Below, in pieces: positions 34,650 to 44,415 of a stretch of 61,853 bases of DNA. This stretch comes from Bacillota bacterium (lineage in GTDB: Bacteria > Bacillota > Sulfobacillia > JACIYH01). Both the position numbers and the translations under genes were made by a program. The notes below the pieces were generated by a model that was given only the letters and a program-made list of their open reading frames with translations, searched no databases and had not been told where the DNA came from. The number at the start of each line of letters is the position of its first letter. Position 1 is the stretch's first letter. The DNA is taken from NCBI GenBank assembly GCA_014360055.1, contig JACIYH010000004.1, positions 1 through 61,853 of the forward strand. The letters run 5' to 3'.

Positions 34650-36413
34650 GTGAGGGTCAGCGTCGGGCGACCGGGTGCCGAGGGCGGTCATGAAGCGAAA
34701 GGGATTGGGGTGGTAGAAATCGGGGCCGATTTGATTCTGGTGGGGGGCAGGGTGTGGGAAGGCGGGGCTGCGGCGGGGGGGTACCGCATTGCGGAAGGCG
34801 GGGCTGCGGCGGGGGGGTACCGCATTGCGGAAGGCGTGGCGGTGGCGGGCGAGCGCATCCTGGCGGTGGGCGGCCGGGATCAGGTGATGTCGTACCGCGG
34901 ACGGGGTACCGAGGTGGTGGACCTCAAGGGGCGTACCGTCCTGCCCGGTCTCATCGATTCTCACTGTCACATCGTGGGGTTGGGGCTGGCCCGGACGGGC
35001 ATAGACCTCAACTACCCCCGGGCCAGGTCCATTGCCGACGTCTGCCGCCTGGTGGCCGAGCGGGCGGCCGCGCAGCCGCCCGGGACCTGGATCCGGGGAC
35101 GGGGGTACGATCACCTGCGCCTGGAGGAGCGGCGCCACCCCACCCGGTGGGACCTGGACCCGGTATCGGGCGACCACCCCGTGGTGCTGGTGCGTAGCTG
35201 CGGGCACATCTCTGTGGCCAACAGCGAGGCCCTGCGCCGGGCGGGGATCACGCGGGAGACCCCCGATCCTCCGGGAGGCGCCATCGAGCGCCGGGACGGC
35301 GAACCCACCGGCGTGCTGAAGGAGGCGGCGCAAGGCCTCGTGCACGGGGTGGCGCCCCACACCAGGGCCGAACTGGAGGAGGCCCTGCGGCAGGCAGCCC
35401 GTGAGTACCTTTCCCTGGGCGTCACCGCCGTTCACGACATGAGCGGCGGCGATCCGGAGGGCCCCGCTGTCATTCAGGACCTGGCCCGCGGGGGCGGGCT
35501 GGGCATACGCATCTCGTTTTCCCTCATTTCGGCGCCTCCCTCGGGGGGCAGGCCCGCGGCGGGGGATGCGGCCCTGAGCACGGGTTTGCACACGGGACTG
35601 GGTGATCACTGGGTGAAGCTTGGTCCCGCCAAGGTGGTGCTGGACGGCTCCGACGACGGTGCCACCGCCCTCATGTACCGACCCTACCGGGACGGCAGTG
35701 GCACCGGGATCGGGTACTGGCAGGACGAGGAGTTGCTGGCCTGGGCCCGCGAGGCGGCCCGGTGGGGCTGGCAGCTTTCCCTCCACGCCATCGGTGACCG
35801 GGCCATCGACCAGGCCCTGCACGCCATCGCCGAGGCCCGGCGCGGTGGGCGCGGGGAAGGGTGGTGGCGGCCGCGCATTGAGCACTTCATTTACCCGAGC
35901 CCGGAGGCGGTGGCGACCGCTGCCGCCTTGGGCGTGGTGCCCGTGGTCAACCCCATCTTCCTCTCTATGGTGGACCGGGGCTACCTGGAACTCATCGACG
36001 AGGAAACCCTCGCCCGGGGGTTTCCCATCAGGTCCCTGCTCGATGCCGGCCTCACGGTGGCGGCCGGCTCGGACGCTCCCGTGGCCGACGCCAACCCGCT
36101 GGCGGGGATGGCCTGTGCCGTGGACCGGTCCACCGCCGCGGGAGACCCCTTCCGCCCGGGGGAAGCGGTCTCGCTGGCCGAGGCGCTGGACATGTACACC
36201 CGGGCGGGGGCGGTAGCCGCAGGCTGGGGTGACGACCTGGGGGTGATCGCTCCGGGCAGGCTGGCCGACCTGGTGGTGCTGGACGGCGGCCTGGCGGTGC
36301 CCAAGTATGGCCGCCTGACCGCAACAGATGGCGGCCCCGTGCTGGCACGCTTGTTGCGCGAGATGCGGGTGACCATGACCGTGGTGGGTGGCCAGGTACG
36401 TTTCCACGTTTGA
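34650..36413 (+). CDS. amidohydrolase-family (YtcJ/amidohydrolase-3-like) metal hydrolase
   Basis: N-terminus ..LILVGGRVW.., the metal motif LPGLIDSHCHIVGLG, and C-terminal ..AAGSDAPVADANP.. . It contains an in-frame 36-nt duplication (34758-34850: GAAAGGYRIAEG, twice). Confidence 0.75.
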   Translation: MRVSVGRPGAEGGHEAKGIGVVEIGADLILVGGRVWEGGAAAGGYRIAEGGAAAGGYRIAEGVAVAGERILAVGGRDQVMSYRGRGTEVVDLKGRTVLPGLIDSHCHIVGLGLARTGIDLNYPRARSIADVCRLVAERAAAQPPGTWIRGRGYDHLRLEERRHPTRWDLDPVSGDHPVVLVRSCGHISVANSEALRRAGITRETPDPPGGAIERRDGEPTGVLKEAAQGLVHGVAPHTRAELEEALRQAAREYLSLGVTAVHDMSGGDPEGPAVIQDLARGGGLGIRISFSLISAPPSGGRPAAGDAALSTGLHTGLGDHWVKLGPAKVVLDGSDDGATALMYRPYRDGSGTGIGYWQDEELLAWAREAARWGWQLSLHAIGDRAIDQALHAIAEARRGGRGEGWWRPRIEHFIYPSPEAVATAAALGVVPVVNPIFLSMVDRGYLELIDEETLARGFPIRSLLDAGLTVAAGSDAPVADANPLAGMACAVDRSTAAGDPFRPGEAVSLAEALDMYTRAGAVAAGWGDDLGVIAPGRLADLVVLDGGLAVPKYGRLTATDGGPVLARLLREMRVTMTVVGGQVRFHV

Positions 36414-36540
36414 GGCGAACCCGTTGACCGATGCAACACCCTGGGCGGACACGGGCGCCGGGCAGGAGCCGTCTGCTGAAGGTGCAACGGGGGGAAGCTG
36501 CAGCCGCGTCTCAATTGTGGCATCCGTATCTCATCTATGA

Positions 36541-36561
36541 AACACCCGCGAGTGGGGTGTT
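36541..36561. promoter_or_regulatory. inverted repeat AACACCC-N7-GGGTGTT, a possible activator (UAS) site
   Basis: Perfect 7-bp arms read from the sequence. Its centre lies about 80 nt upstream of the sigma-54 -24 element. Function is inferred. Confidence 0.3.
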
Positions 36562-36626
36562 CGAGAGGCACCGGACCAATGGGCCGTTTTTCGCGGGTTT
36601 CGGCGAGCCAGAGCGCCGGACAATCC

Positions 36627-36642
36627 TGGCATGGATCTTGCA
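36627..36642 (+). promoter_or_regulatory. sigma-54 (-24/-12) promoter
   Basis: cCTGGCATGgatcTTGCAc against the consensus YTGGCACGrNNNTTGCW. GG and GC have the canonical spacing. It lies about 50 nt upstream of RBS AAGGGAGG plus GTG 36691. Confidence 0.65.
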
Positions 36643-36690
36643 CTGGTAACTGGTTGGAACCAGGCGAAACGCAAGAAGGGAGGCCAGAGC

Positions 36691-38286
36691 GTGGAGTTAG
36701 GAGCTTACCCGTATGCGAACTGGGTCCTGGCGGTGCTGGCGGTCTATCTCGCGGGCATGGTCTTCATCGGCTGGTGGGCGTCGAGGCGGATCAAGGACGT
36801 GGCGGACTACGTGGTGGCTGGTCGGCGCATGGGACTCCTGTGGATCAGCGGGTCGTTGTTTGCGACGTGGTTTTGCGCGGGCACGTTGATGGGGGCCACG
36901 GCCAACGCTTACCTGTTCGGGAACCAGGGCGTCATCTTCGACCCCTGGGGGGCGGCGTTGTGCCTGGCCCTGGCGGGGTTCTTCTTCGTGCGCATCATGA
37001 GGCGCGGTCGTTTCATCACCCTGGTGGATTTCTTCGAGATGCGCTACGGCCGGGGCATGGGGCTGGCCAGCACCATCGTCCTCATCATCGCCGAGATCGG
37101 CTGGGTGGGTGCCCAGCTGGTCGCCTTCGGGACCATCATCCAGATCTTCAGTGGCCTGCCCCTGTGGGTGGGGATCGTCATTTCCACCGTGGTGCTGGTG
37201 GCTTACACATACCTGGGAGGCATGTGGGCCGACACGCTCACCGACATCATCCAGATGGCCATCCTGGCCGTCGGTGTGATCGTGATGCTGCCGGCCGCCA
37301 TCTCCCACGTGGGCGGCTGGAGTTCGTTCTTCGCCAACGCCGGCAACTGGGCGGAGCTGCCCCCCTTCGCCATGGGTCCGGCGGGCGAGTCCGGATACCT
37401 GGGCTATACCGGCCTGCTGGGCTGGATCTACTACCTGGCGGCCTGGATGTCCATCGGACTGGGCAGCATCCCGGCCCAGGACTTCATGCAGCGGGCCCTT
37501 TCCTCCAAAGATGAGAAGGTCGCCGTATACTCTTCCTACATTGCCGCGGTGGGGTACATCGTGATCGGGCTCATCCCGGTGGCCCTGGGCATGGCCATGT
37601 TCATCATCAACCCCGACCTCACCGTGCCCGAGACCGAGATGATCCTGCCCTGGATGGCCATGAACTTCCTGCACCCGATCCTGGCCAGCGTCTTCGTGGC
37701 GGCGGCGGTGGCGGCCCTCATGTCCAGCGGCGACAGCGCCCTCCTGGCTATCGGCTCCCTGGCGGGGTACAACGGCCTGCGCTACTTCAAGCCCAACCCC
37801 TCGGAAAGGGAGAGCCTGTGGGTGACGCGCATCATCGTCCCCATCGCCGCGGTGGCCTCGCTGCTCCTGGCCCTCTATGCGGAGACCATCTACCGGCTCA
37901 TGGTGATCGCGTGGACGGTGATCCTGGTGGGGCTGTTCGCCCCCTATGCAGCGGCTTACTTCTGGAAAAAGGCCAACTCGACGGGGGCGATGGCGGCCCT
38001 CCTGGGGGGCTTTGCTTCGTGGGTGGGTCTGATCTTCTACTACCTGCCCACCACCATGGAGATGAACGTGGGGGTGATCGAAGAGGGCGTCGTCTACATG
38101 GACTGGGCCATCTGGGATGCCGTGTACCTGGCCTCCGTCCCCGGCTTCGTCGTGTCCGTGGTGTTGCTGGTGTTCGTCTCACTCCTGACACAGCGGCGTG
38201 ATCCGCCGCGGCCGCTCACCGACATCGACGGCAACCCGCTTCCCGTGAAGGACTGGCTGGGCATTTTCCGGCGCCAGGCGGCCTAG
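36691..38286 (+). CDS. sodium:solute symporter (SSF) family transporter
   Basis: Multi-TM protein with an SSF-type N-terminus (..DYVVAGRRMG..). I moved the start to GTG 36691 because the tracked ATG 36631 lies inside the sigma-54 promoter. Confidence 0.75.
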   Translation: MELGAYPYANWVLAVLAVYLAGMVFIGWWASRRIKDVADYVVAGRRMGLLWISGSLFATWFCAGTLMGATANAYLFGNQGVIFDPWGAALCLALAGFFFVRIMRRGRFITLVDFFEMRYGRGMGLASTIVLIIAEIGWVGAQLVAFGTIIQIFSGLPLWVGIVISTVVLVAYTYLGGMWADTLTDIIQMAILAVGVIVMLPAAISHVGGWSSFFANAGNWAELPPFAMGPAGESGYLGYTGLLGWIYYLAAWMSIGLGSIPAQDFMQRALSSKDEKVAVYSSYIAAVGYIVIGLIPVALGMAMFIINPDLTVPETEMILPWMAMNFLHPILASVFVAAAVAALMSSGDSALLAIGSLAGYNGLRYFKPNPSERESLWVTRIIVPIAAVASLLLALYAETIYRLMVIAWTVILVGLFAPYAAAYFWKKANSTGAMAALLGGFASWVGLIFYYLPTTMEMNVGVIEEGVVYMDWAIWDAVYLASVPGFVVSVVLLVFVSLLTQRRDPPRPLTDIDGNPLPVKDWLGIFRRQAA

Positions 38287-38388
38287 GGTGGTCCCGGCGC
38301 GCACTGCGTCGCGGCGGGCGAACCCTGAGTGGCCCGAGAGCGAGGCGGAAGGTCAGAGAGGGGCGCAGACCAGTGTGAGGAGGGATGT

Positions 38389-39744
38389 ATGGTGCCCCGC
38401 GCGAGCTACGAGCAGGTGATCGCGGAGTCGCAGAAGATCCTGGACATGATCGCCAAGAAGGAACTCACCCCCGAGGAGCGGGCGTGGGTGGTGGAGGAGA
38501 CCGTCCGGGGGTTCCGCGACCACGTCAATCCCGGGTTCCTGGAGTACCGCAAGTCGGTGTCCACCGACTACACCGCGGTGGAGTGGGACGACCGGGGAGT
38601 GACGTTCAAGGACGTCCACGGCAAGGTGTTCATCGACTGCCTGGGAGGGTACGGCATCTACAACTGCGGCCACCGTCACCCCAAGGTGATGGCGGCGGTG
38701 ATCAATCAGCTCGAACGCCAGGCCCTGCACAGCCAGGAGTTGCTCGACCCCCTGCGGGCCATGCTGGCCAAGCTGGTGGCCGACATCACGCCCGGCGACC
38801 TCCAGTACTCCTTCTTCACCAACAGCGGCACCGAGAGCATAGAGGGGGCCATGAAACTGGCCCGGCTGCACACCGGCCGTAAGGCCTACGTGGCCGCGGT
38901 GAACGCCTTCCACGGCAAGAGCATGGGGTCGCTGTCGCTCACCTCCAAGTCGGTGTTCCGCAAGCCCTACCTGCCCCTGCTCGCCCCCGTCCACCACGTG
39001 CCCTTCGGGGACGCCGACGCCCTGGAGAAGGTGCTGTCCAGTTGCGCCTTCGTGGGTGAGGACGTGGCGGCGGTGGTGCTGGAGCCGGTGCAGGGTGAGG
39101 GCGGCGTACACGTGGCGCCCGACGGATACCTGCCCCGCGTGCGGGAACTGTGCGACAGGTACGGTGCCCTCCTCGTGCTGGACGAGGTGCAGACGGGCAT
39201 GGGCCGCACCGGCAAGATGTTCGCCTGCGAGCACTGGGACGTGGTGCCCGACATCCTCTGCCTGGGCAAGGCCTTCGGGGGCGGTGTGATGCCCATCGGC
39301 GCCTTCGTCTCCACGGCGGAGATATGGGAGGAGATGACGCCCAACCCCTTCCTGCACACCACCACTTTCGGCGGCAACCCCATCGCCTGTGCGGCGGCCA
39401 TCGCGGCCATCAACGTGATCCTGGAGGAGAAGCTCTACGAGAAGGCTGCCGTGGTGGGGGACTACTTCCTGCGCGGGCTGCGTGTGCTGGCCGACCGCTA
39501 CCCGCAGGTCTGCCAGGAGGCGCGCGGGCTGGGCCTCATGCTGGGCGTGGAGTACCGGACCAACGAACTGGGTTACGAGGTGGCCAAGGGGCTGTTCGAG
39601 AACGGCGTGCTGGTGGCGGGGACCCTCATCAACGCCAAGACCATCCGCTTCGAGCCGCCCCTCACCATCGAGAAGGAAGAGGTGGACACCGTACTCAACA
39701 TCCTGGAGTCGGTGTACCAGAAAGTCGCGCGCAGTATGGGGTGA
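38389..39744 (+). CDS. class-III aminotransferase, putrescine aminotransferase (YgjG/PatA)-like
   Basis: ..GFLEYRKSV...DCLGGYGIYNCGHRHPKV...FFTNSGTESIEGAMKLAR...LDEVQTGMGRTGKMF...KAFGGG. RBS GAGGAGGGA precedes ATG 38389. Confidence 0.75.
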   Translation: MVPRASYEQVIAESQKILDMIAKKELTPEERAWVVEETVRGFRDHVNPGFLEYRKSVSTDYTAVEWDDRGVTFKDVHGKVFIDCLGGYGIYNCGHRHPKVMAAVINQLERQALHSQELLDPLRAMLAKLVADITPGDLQYSFFTNSGTESIEGAMKLARLHTGRKAYVAAVNAFHGKSMGSLSLTSKSVFRKPYLPLLAPVHHVPFGDADALEKVLSSCAFVGEDVAAVVLEPVQGEGGVHVAPDGYLPRVRELCDRYGALLVLDEVQTGMGRTGKMFACEHWDVVPDILCLGKAFGGGVMPIGAFVSTAEIWEEMTPNPFLHTTTFGGNPIACAAAIAAINVILEEKLYEKAAVVGDYFLRGLRVLADRYPQVCQEARGLGLMLGVEYRTNELGYEVAKGLFENGVLVAGTLINAKTIRFEPPLTIEKEEVDTVLNILESVYQKVARSMG

Positions 39745-40181
39745 TGGCTGTGAAACCGGTTGCCATCCTGTCCATCGACGGGTCCAGGTGCACAGGTTGC
39801 CAGATGTGCATGCTGGCGTGTGCGGCGGCCCGGGAGGGGGTATTCAACCCCTTCCGGGCCACCCTGCGGGTGGAAAAGCCGTACACCTACGCCGGACCCG
39901 AGGTGAGGTTCTCCGCCTGCGACGGGTGTCTCACCTGCCAGGAGGTGTGCCCCACGGAGGCCATCGGTGTGCGCGACGGGCACCTCTACCTGGACCTGGA
40001 CCTCTGCACCGAGTGCGGCCTGTGTGCCGGGAGTTGCCCGCACGGGGTGATCCGCACCGACCCCATGCGGCTGTGTGACGGCTGTGCCGGGCGGGAGGGC
40101 GGCCCGGCCTGTGTGGCCTGGTGCCCGGTGGAAGCCCTCTCCCTGGGGCAGGCGGTGGAGGAGGTGAGCCCCCGTGGCTAG
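39744..40181 (+). CDS. 4Fe-4S ferredoxin-domain protein
   Basis: CTGCQMCMLAC, CDGCLTCQEVCP and CTECGLCAGSCP clusters. Its ATG overlaps the aminotransferase stop (TGATG). Confidence 0.75.
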   Translation: MAVKPVAILSIDGSRCTGCQMCMLACAAAREGVFNPFRATLRVEKPYTYAGPEVRFSACDGCLTCQEVCPTEAIGVRDGHLYLDLDLCTECGLCAGSCPHGVIRTDPMRLCDGCAGREGGPACVAWCPVEALSLGQAVEEVSPRG

Positions 40182-40216
40182 TCGGGTGTCCGGGGGGGCC
40201 GAGGAGGTGGGTGGCT

Positions 40217-42139
40217 GTGGCTAGCCGAGGTTACCGCGGCCGCCCGGAGGGCGGCGACACGTATGCCGGCAAGGTGCTGCGGGTGGATCTGGGTGGCATG
40301 TCCAGCTGGACGGAGCCCCTCAACCGGGATTGGGCCCGCCTCTTCTTCGGGGGTAAGGGCCTGGGGTTCCGCTACTTCCACGATGCCGTACCGGCGGGGA
40401 CGGACCCCCTCTCCCCGGGCAACGCCCTCATCTTCGTGACGGGGCCGCTCACGGGGACCCTGGCCCCCTGCACGGGGAAGCTGGGGGTGGTGACCAGGTC
40501 GCCTGCCACCGGGACCATCCTGGACTGCTCGGTGGGGGGTACGGTGGGGCCCCAGTTGAAGTACGCCGGATACGACCTGGTGGTGATCACGGGGCGGGCG
40601 CCCCATCCGGTGGTGCTGGTGATTGACGACGACCGGGTCTCCTTCCGGGAGGCGAACGGGGTATGGGGGAGGGGGTGTCACGAGACCGAGTTCCTGCTGC
40701 GGGATGCCCTGGGGGCTGAGTTCCGCATCATCTCCACGGGACCCGCGGGGGAGAACCTGGTCCCCATGGCCTGCCTGACTTCGGAACTGTACCGCCAGGC
40801 GGGCCGGGGGGGCGTGGGGGCGGTGATGGGGTCCAAGCACCTCAAGGCGGTGGCGGTGCGGGGCACCGGCTCCCTGGCTGCTCCCGACATGGGCCGCTTC
40901 CTGGAGTTCGCCCACCGCGCCATGCGGGAGGACCTGCTCACCGACACCAACCTGTGGGCCTACACCGACGGTACCCCCATGATCGTGGGGCTTTCGCAGT
41001 CGGCGGGCATCCTGCCCACCCGCAACTTCCAGAGCGGCACCTTCGCCGGGGCCGAGGCCATCGGGGCCGAGGCGGTGCGCTCCCTGCGGGTGGCCAAGAA
41101 GTCCTGCTTCGGCTGCGGCCTGGGCTGCGGCAACTTCCTGCGCGCCCCCGCGGTCGGTGCCGCCGGCGCAGGCGCCGGCGCGTGGCCCGCGGGTGGGTCA
41201 CGCGGCGAGGCGGGCGCAGCGCCGGGCCGTGGCGGCGAGGCCGGTGCGGGGCCGCGGTGGCCGGGCGAGGGGGCGGTGGAGGGTCCCGAGTACGAGACCC
41301 TGGCCCTCACCGGCTCCAACTGCGGCATCGGGGACCTGGGGGCCATCATCGAGTTCAACCGCCTCTGCGACGACCTGGGGCTGGACACCATCTCCACCGG
41401 TGGCGTGGTGGCCTTCGCCATGGAACTGGCCGAGCGCGACCTGGCCGACCTGGGGTTGCGCTTCGGGGACGTGGATTCCTACCTGCGGGCGCCCGTGCTC
41501 ATCGCCCGGGGTGAGGGCGTGGGCCGCCAGTTGGGCCGGGGGGTGCGCTACCTGGCCGAGCGTTACGGGGGCAAAGAGTTCGCCATGGAAGTGAAGGGCC
41601 TGGAATTCCCCGGGTACGAGCCGCGGGGCTCCTGGGGGATGGGGCTCGCCTACGCCACCTCGGACCGGGGGGCGTGCCACATGCGGGCCTGGCCGGTGGC
41701 GGACGAGGCCTTCGGGAGCCTGGACCCCTTCACGGGAGAGGGCAAGGCGCAGCTGGTCATCAACGGGCAGCACCAGAACTCCATCAAGTTCTCCCTCATC
41801 TTCTGCGATTTCTGGGCCCTGAGCCCCGAGCTCATGGCCGGGTTCTGCTCGGTGGCGCTGGGCCGGGAGGTCACCGCCGACGAGTTGCGGCTGGCCGGGG
41901 AGCGCATCTGGAACCTGGGGCGGCTGCTCAACGTGCGGGAGGGGTTCCGCCGCGAGCACGACTACCTGCCCGCGCGGGTACTGGAGCACCCCCTGCCAGA
42001 CGGGCCGGCGGCCGGCAGGGTGGTGCCGCCGGAGGTATTCCGGGCCATGTTGGAGGAGTACTACCGCCTGCGGGGCTGGGATGAGGACGGCGTGCCCACC
42101 CCGGCCAAGTTGGCCGAACTGGGACTGGAGGGGCTGTGA
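40217..42139 (+). CDS. aldehyde:ferredoxin oxidoreductase (tungsten AOR family)
   Basis: YAGKVLRVDLGG...FGGKGLG...GPLTG...G...VTRSPATG, then ..EYETL.., ..DxGLD.. and ..CHMRAWP.. . It has a Gly/Ala/Arg-rich insert at about 41141-41280. I chose GTG 40217, behind GAGGAGG. Confidence 0.8.
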   Translation: MASRGYRGRPEGGDTYAGKVLRVDLGGMSSWTEPLNRDWARLFFGGKGLGFRYFHDAVPAGTDPLSPGNALIFVTGPLTGTLAPCTGKLGVVTRSPATGTILDCSVGGTVGPQLKYAGYDLVVITGRAPHPVVLVIDDDRVSFREANGVWGRGCHETEFLLRDALGAEFRIISTGPAGENLVPMACLTSELYRQAGRGGVGAVMGSKHLKAVAVRGTGSLAAPDMGRFLEFAHRAMREDLLTDTNLWAYTDGTPMIVGLSQSAGILPTRNFQSGTFAGAEAIGAEAVRSLRVAKKSCFGCGLGCGNFLRAPAVGAAGAGAGAWPAGGSRGEAGAAPGRGGEAGAGPRWPGEGAVEGPEYETLALTGSNCGIGDLGAIIEFNRLCDDLGLDTISTGGVVAFAMELAERDLADLGLRFGDVDSYLRAPVLIARGEGVGRQLGRGVRYLAERYGGKEFAMEVKGLEFPGYEPRGSWGMGLAYATSDRGACHMRAWPVADEAFGSLDPFTGEGKAQLVINGQHQNSIKFSLIFCDFWALSPELMAGFCSVALGREVTADELRLAGERIWNLGRLLNVREGFRREHDYLPARVLEHPLPDGPAAGRVVPPEVFRAMLEEYYRLRGWDEDGVPTPAKLAELGLEGL

Positions 42140-42141
42140 CC

Positions 42142-43476
42142 ATGGGTACCATCCGGCTGAAGACTGCCATCCCGGGGCCGCGCACGCGGGAGCTGCTGGA
42201 GCGGCGCGCGCGCTACGTGCCGCAGGGTGTTTCCTTTGGCACCCCCCTGTTCGTGCGGCGGGCGGAGGGCGCCGTGCTGGAGGACGTGGACGGCAACGTG
42301 TTCATCGATTTCGCGGGCGGTATTGCCGTGGTGAACGCCGGCCACTGCCCGGCCCCCGTGGTGGAGGCGGTGCGGGAGCAGGCGGGGAAGTTCCTCCACA
42401 CTTGCTTCATGGTGGTGGGGTACGAGTCGTACGTGGACCTGGCGGAAGCGCTGGCGCGGGTGGCGCCCGGCCCCACGCCCAAGAAGGTCATGTTCGTGAA
42501 CAGCGGGGCGGAGGCGGTGGAGAACGGGGTGAAGATCGCCCGCAAGGCCACGGGGCGGCAGGCGGTGGTGTGCTTCGACCACGCCTTCCACGGCCGCACC
42601 CTGCTCACCATGACCCTCACGGGCCACCTCATGCCCTACAAGGACGGCTTCGGCCCCTTTGCGCCCGAGGTGTACCGGTTCCCGTATGCGTATTGCTACC
42701 GCTGCGCCTACGGCAAGACCCATCCCGGCTGCGGGCTTTACTGCCTGGGTGCCTTCGAGGAGGGTCTGGAGGAGAAGGTGGGCGGGCGGAACGTGGCCGC
42801 CCTGGTGGTGGAGCCGGTGCAGGGGGAAGGCGGGTTCGTGGTGCCCCCGCCGGGGTACCTGCGGGGATTGAAGGAGATCTGTGAGAAGTACGGCATCCTG
42901 TTTGTGGCGGATGAGGTGCAGACGGGGTTCGGCCGCACGGGGAAGCTGTTCGCGGTGGAGCACGATGGTATCGAGCCCGATCTCTTGCTCGTGGCCAAGT
43001 CCATCGCGGCCGGGCTGCCCCTGGCGGGGGTGATTGGGAAAGAGGGGATAATGGACGCGGTGCACAAAGGCGGTCTGGGGGGCACGTACGGTGGGAACCC
43101 GCTGGCATGTGCGGCTGGCCTGAAGGTGCTCGAGATCATGCAGCAGCCGGGCTTCCTGGCGCGGGCCCGACAGGTGGGGGAGCGTATTGCGAGGTTCTGC
43201 CGCGACCTGGGGGTGCGCTATCCCCTGATTGGTGACGTGCGGGCGCTGGGGGCCATGGTGGCGGTGGAGTTGGTGAAAGACCGGCGGACCAAGGAGCCTG
43301 CTACCGCGGAGACGGCGGTGATCATCCAGCATGCTTACGAGCACGGGTTGATCCTGCTCAAGGCGGGGCGGTATGGAAATGTGCTACGGTTCCTGCCGCC
43401 CCTGGTGATCACCGACGACCAACTGGACGAGGCTCTCGCGGTCCTTGAGCGGGCGGTTTCCGCTGTCGCCGGCTAG
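42142..43476 (+). CDS. gabT: 4-aminobutyrate aminotransferase-like class-III aminotransferase
   Basis: TAIPGPRTRELLERR...FIDFAGGIAVVNAGH...FVNSGAEAVENGVKIAR...ADEVQTGFGRTGKLFA...KSIAAGLPL is a typical GabT pattern. The symbol is tentative. Confidence 0.7.
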   Translation: MGTIRLKTAIPGPRTRELLERRARYVPQGVSFGTPLFVRRAEGAVLEDVDGNVFIDFAGGIAVVNAGHCPAPVVEAVREQAGKFLHTCFMVVGYESYVDLAEALARVAPGPTPKKVMFVNSGAEAVENGVKIARKATGRQAVVCFDHAFHGRTLLTMTLTGHLMPYKDGFGPFAPEVYRFPYAYCYRCAYGKTHPGCGLYCLGAFEEGLEEKVGGRNVAALVVEPVQGEGGFVVPPPGYLRGLKEICEKYGILFVADEVQTGFGRTGKLFAVEHDGIEPDLLLVAKSIAAGLPLAGVIGKEGIMDAVHKGGLGGTYGGNPLACAAGLKVLEIMQQPGFLARARQVGERIARFCRDLGVRYPLIGDVRALGAMVAVELVKDRRTKEPATAETAVIIQHAYEHGLILLKAGRYGNVLRFLPPLVITDDQLDEALAVLERAVSAVAG

Positions 43477-43554
43477 CAGGAGGGCAATTTGGGATGGTGG
43501 TGCCCGACCCGCCAGGGCCGGGTGCGGACAGCCCGGGGAGAGGAGGAGATGCGC

Positions 43555-44415
43555 ATGGCAACTTACGTTCCCGATTCCTGGAGTCCTCTGAAACAGGTCC
43601 TGCTATGTCCCCCCACTCACTTTAGCTTTCAACCTATCAACGAGATTACCCGCCGGGTGATGGCCCAGGGCGAGACGGCCAAGCTGGAGCGCATAAGGCG
43701 GGAACATGAGGAGTTGGTACAGGCTTACCTGTCGGCGGGAGTACAGGTGGAACTGGCGGAACCAGATCCCAACCTGCCCTACATGGTATACGCGCGCGAC
43801 TTCGGCGCCTGCCTGGCTGAGGGCGTGCTCATCGGGCGGTTCCGCGAGCCCGTACGCCAGGGCGAAGAAGCCGTGTACCACAAGAAGCTGCGCGAACTGG
43901 GGATCCCTATCATCGGCAAGATCTGGCGGGGTGCGTTCGAGGGCGGTGACTTCTGGTTCCTTGACGAGACCACCGTGGCCCACGGCGTGGTGGCCCGCAG
44001 CGACTGGGAAGGCGTCCGCTGCGCCCAGGAAATTCTGCAGCCTCTGGGGTACACGGTCATCCCTGTGCCCGTGGATTCAAAGTACCTCCATCTGGACATG
44101 TGCTTCAACATCGTGGCGCCGAAGGTCTGCGTTGCCGCAGTTGATGTACTGCCGGAATTCTTCCTCCGCATGCTGCAGAAGCGGCGCTTCGAGATCGTAG
44201 CCACGACTCCTGAGGGCGTCCTTAAGCACTACTGCAACATCCAGGCCCTGGGCAACGGCACCGTGCTGAGCTTCGAGGCGAACGTTGACGTGAACCGGGC
44301 CCTTTCCGCTTTAGGGCTGGAAGTGATTACGGTCGGCTTGTGGGAGATCCTCAAAGGCGGTGGAGGCCCGCACTGTATGACCTTCCCGCTGCGCCGGGAG
44401 CCGCGTGGGAGCTAA
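43555..44415 (+). CDS. guanidino-group-modifying enzyme superfamily protein (DDAH/amidinotransferase-like), paralogue 1
   Basis: About 287 aa. ..VLLCPPTHF.., ..YARDFG.., ..FEGGDFWFLDE.., ..YLHLDMCFN.. and the C-terminal catalytic-Cys motif GGGGPHCMTF. Confidence 0.65.
   Translation: MATYVPDSWSPLKQVLLCPPTHFSFQPINEITRRVMAQGETAKLERIRREHEELVQAYLSAGVQVELAEPDPNLPYMVYARDFGACLAEGVLIGRFREPVRQGEEAVYHKKLRELGIPIIGKIWRGAFEGGDFWFLDETTVAHGVVARSDWEGVRCAQEILQPLGYTVIPVPVDSKYLHLDMCFNIVAPKVCVAAVDVLPEFFLRMLQKRRFEIVATTPEGVLKHYCNIQALGNGTVLSFEANVDVNRALSALGLEVITVGLWEILKGGGGPHCMTFPLRREPRGS

Noticed and set aside
36631-36690. ATG 36631 as the start of the first symporter, as in the ORF track.
   Set aside because: The ATG is part of the TGGCATG -24 element of the sigma-54 promoter. 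GTG 36691 has a proper RBS downstream of the promoter.
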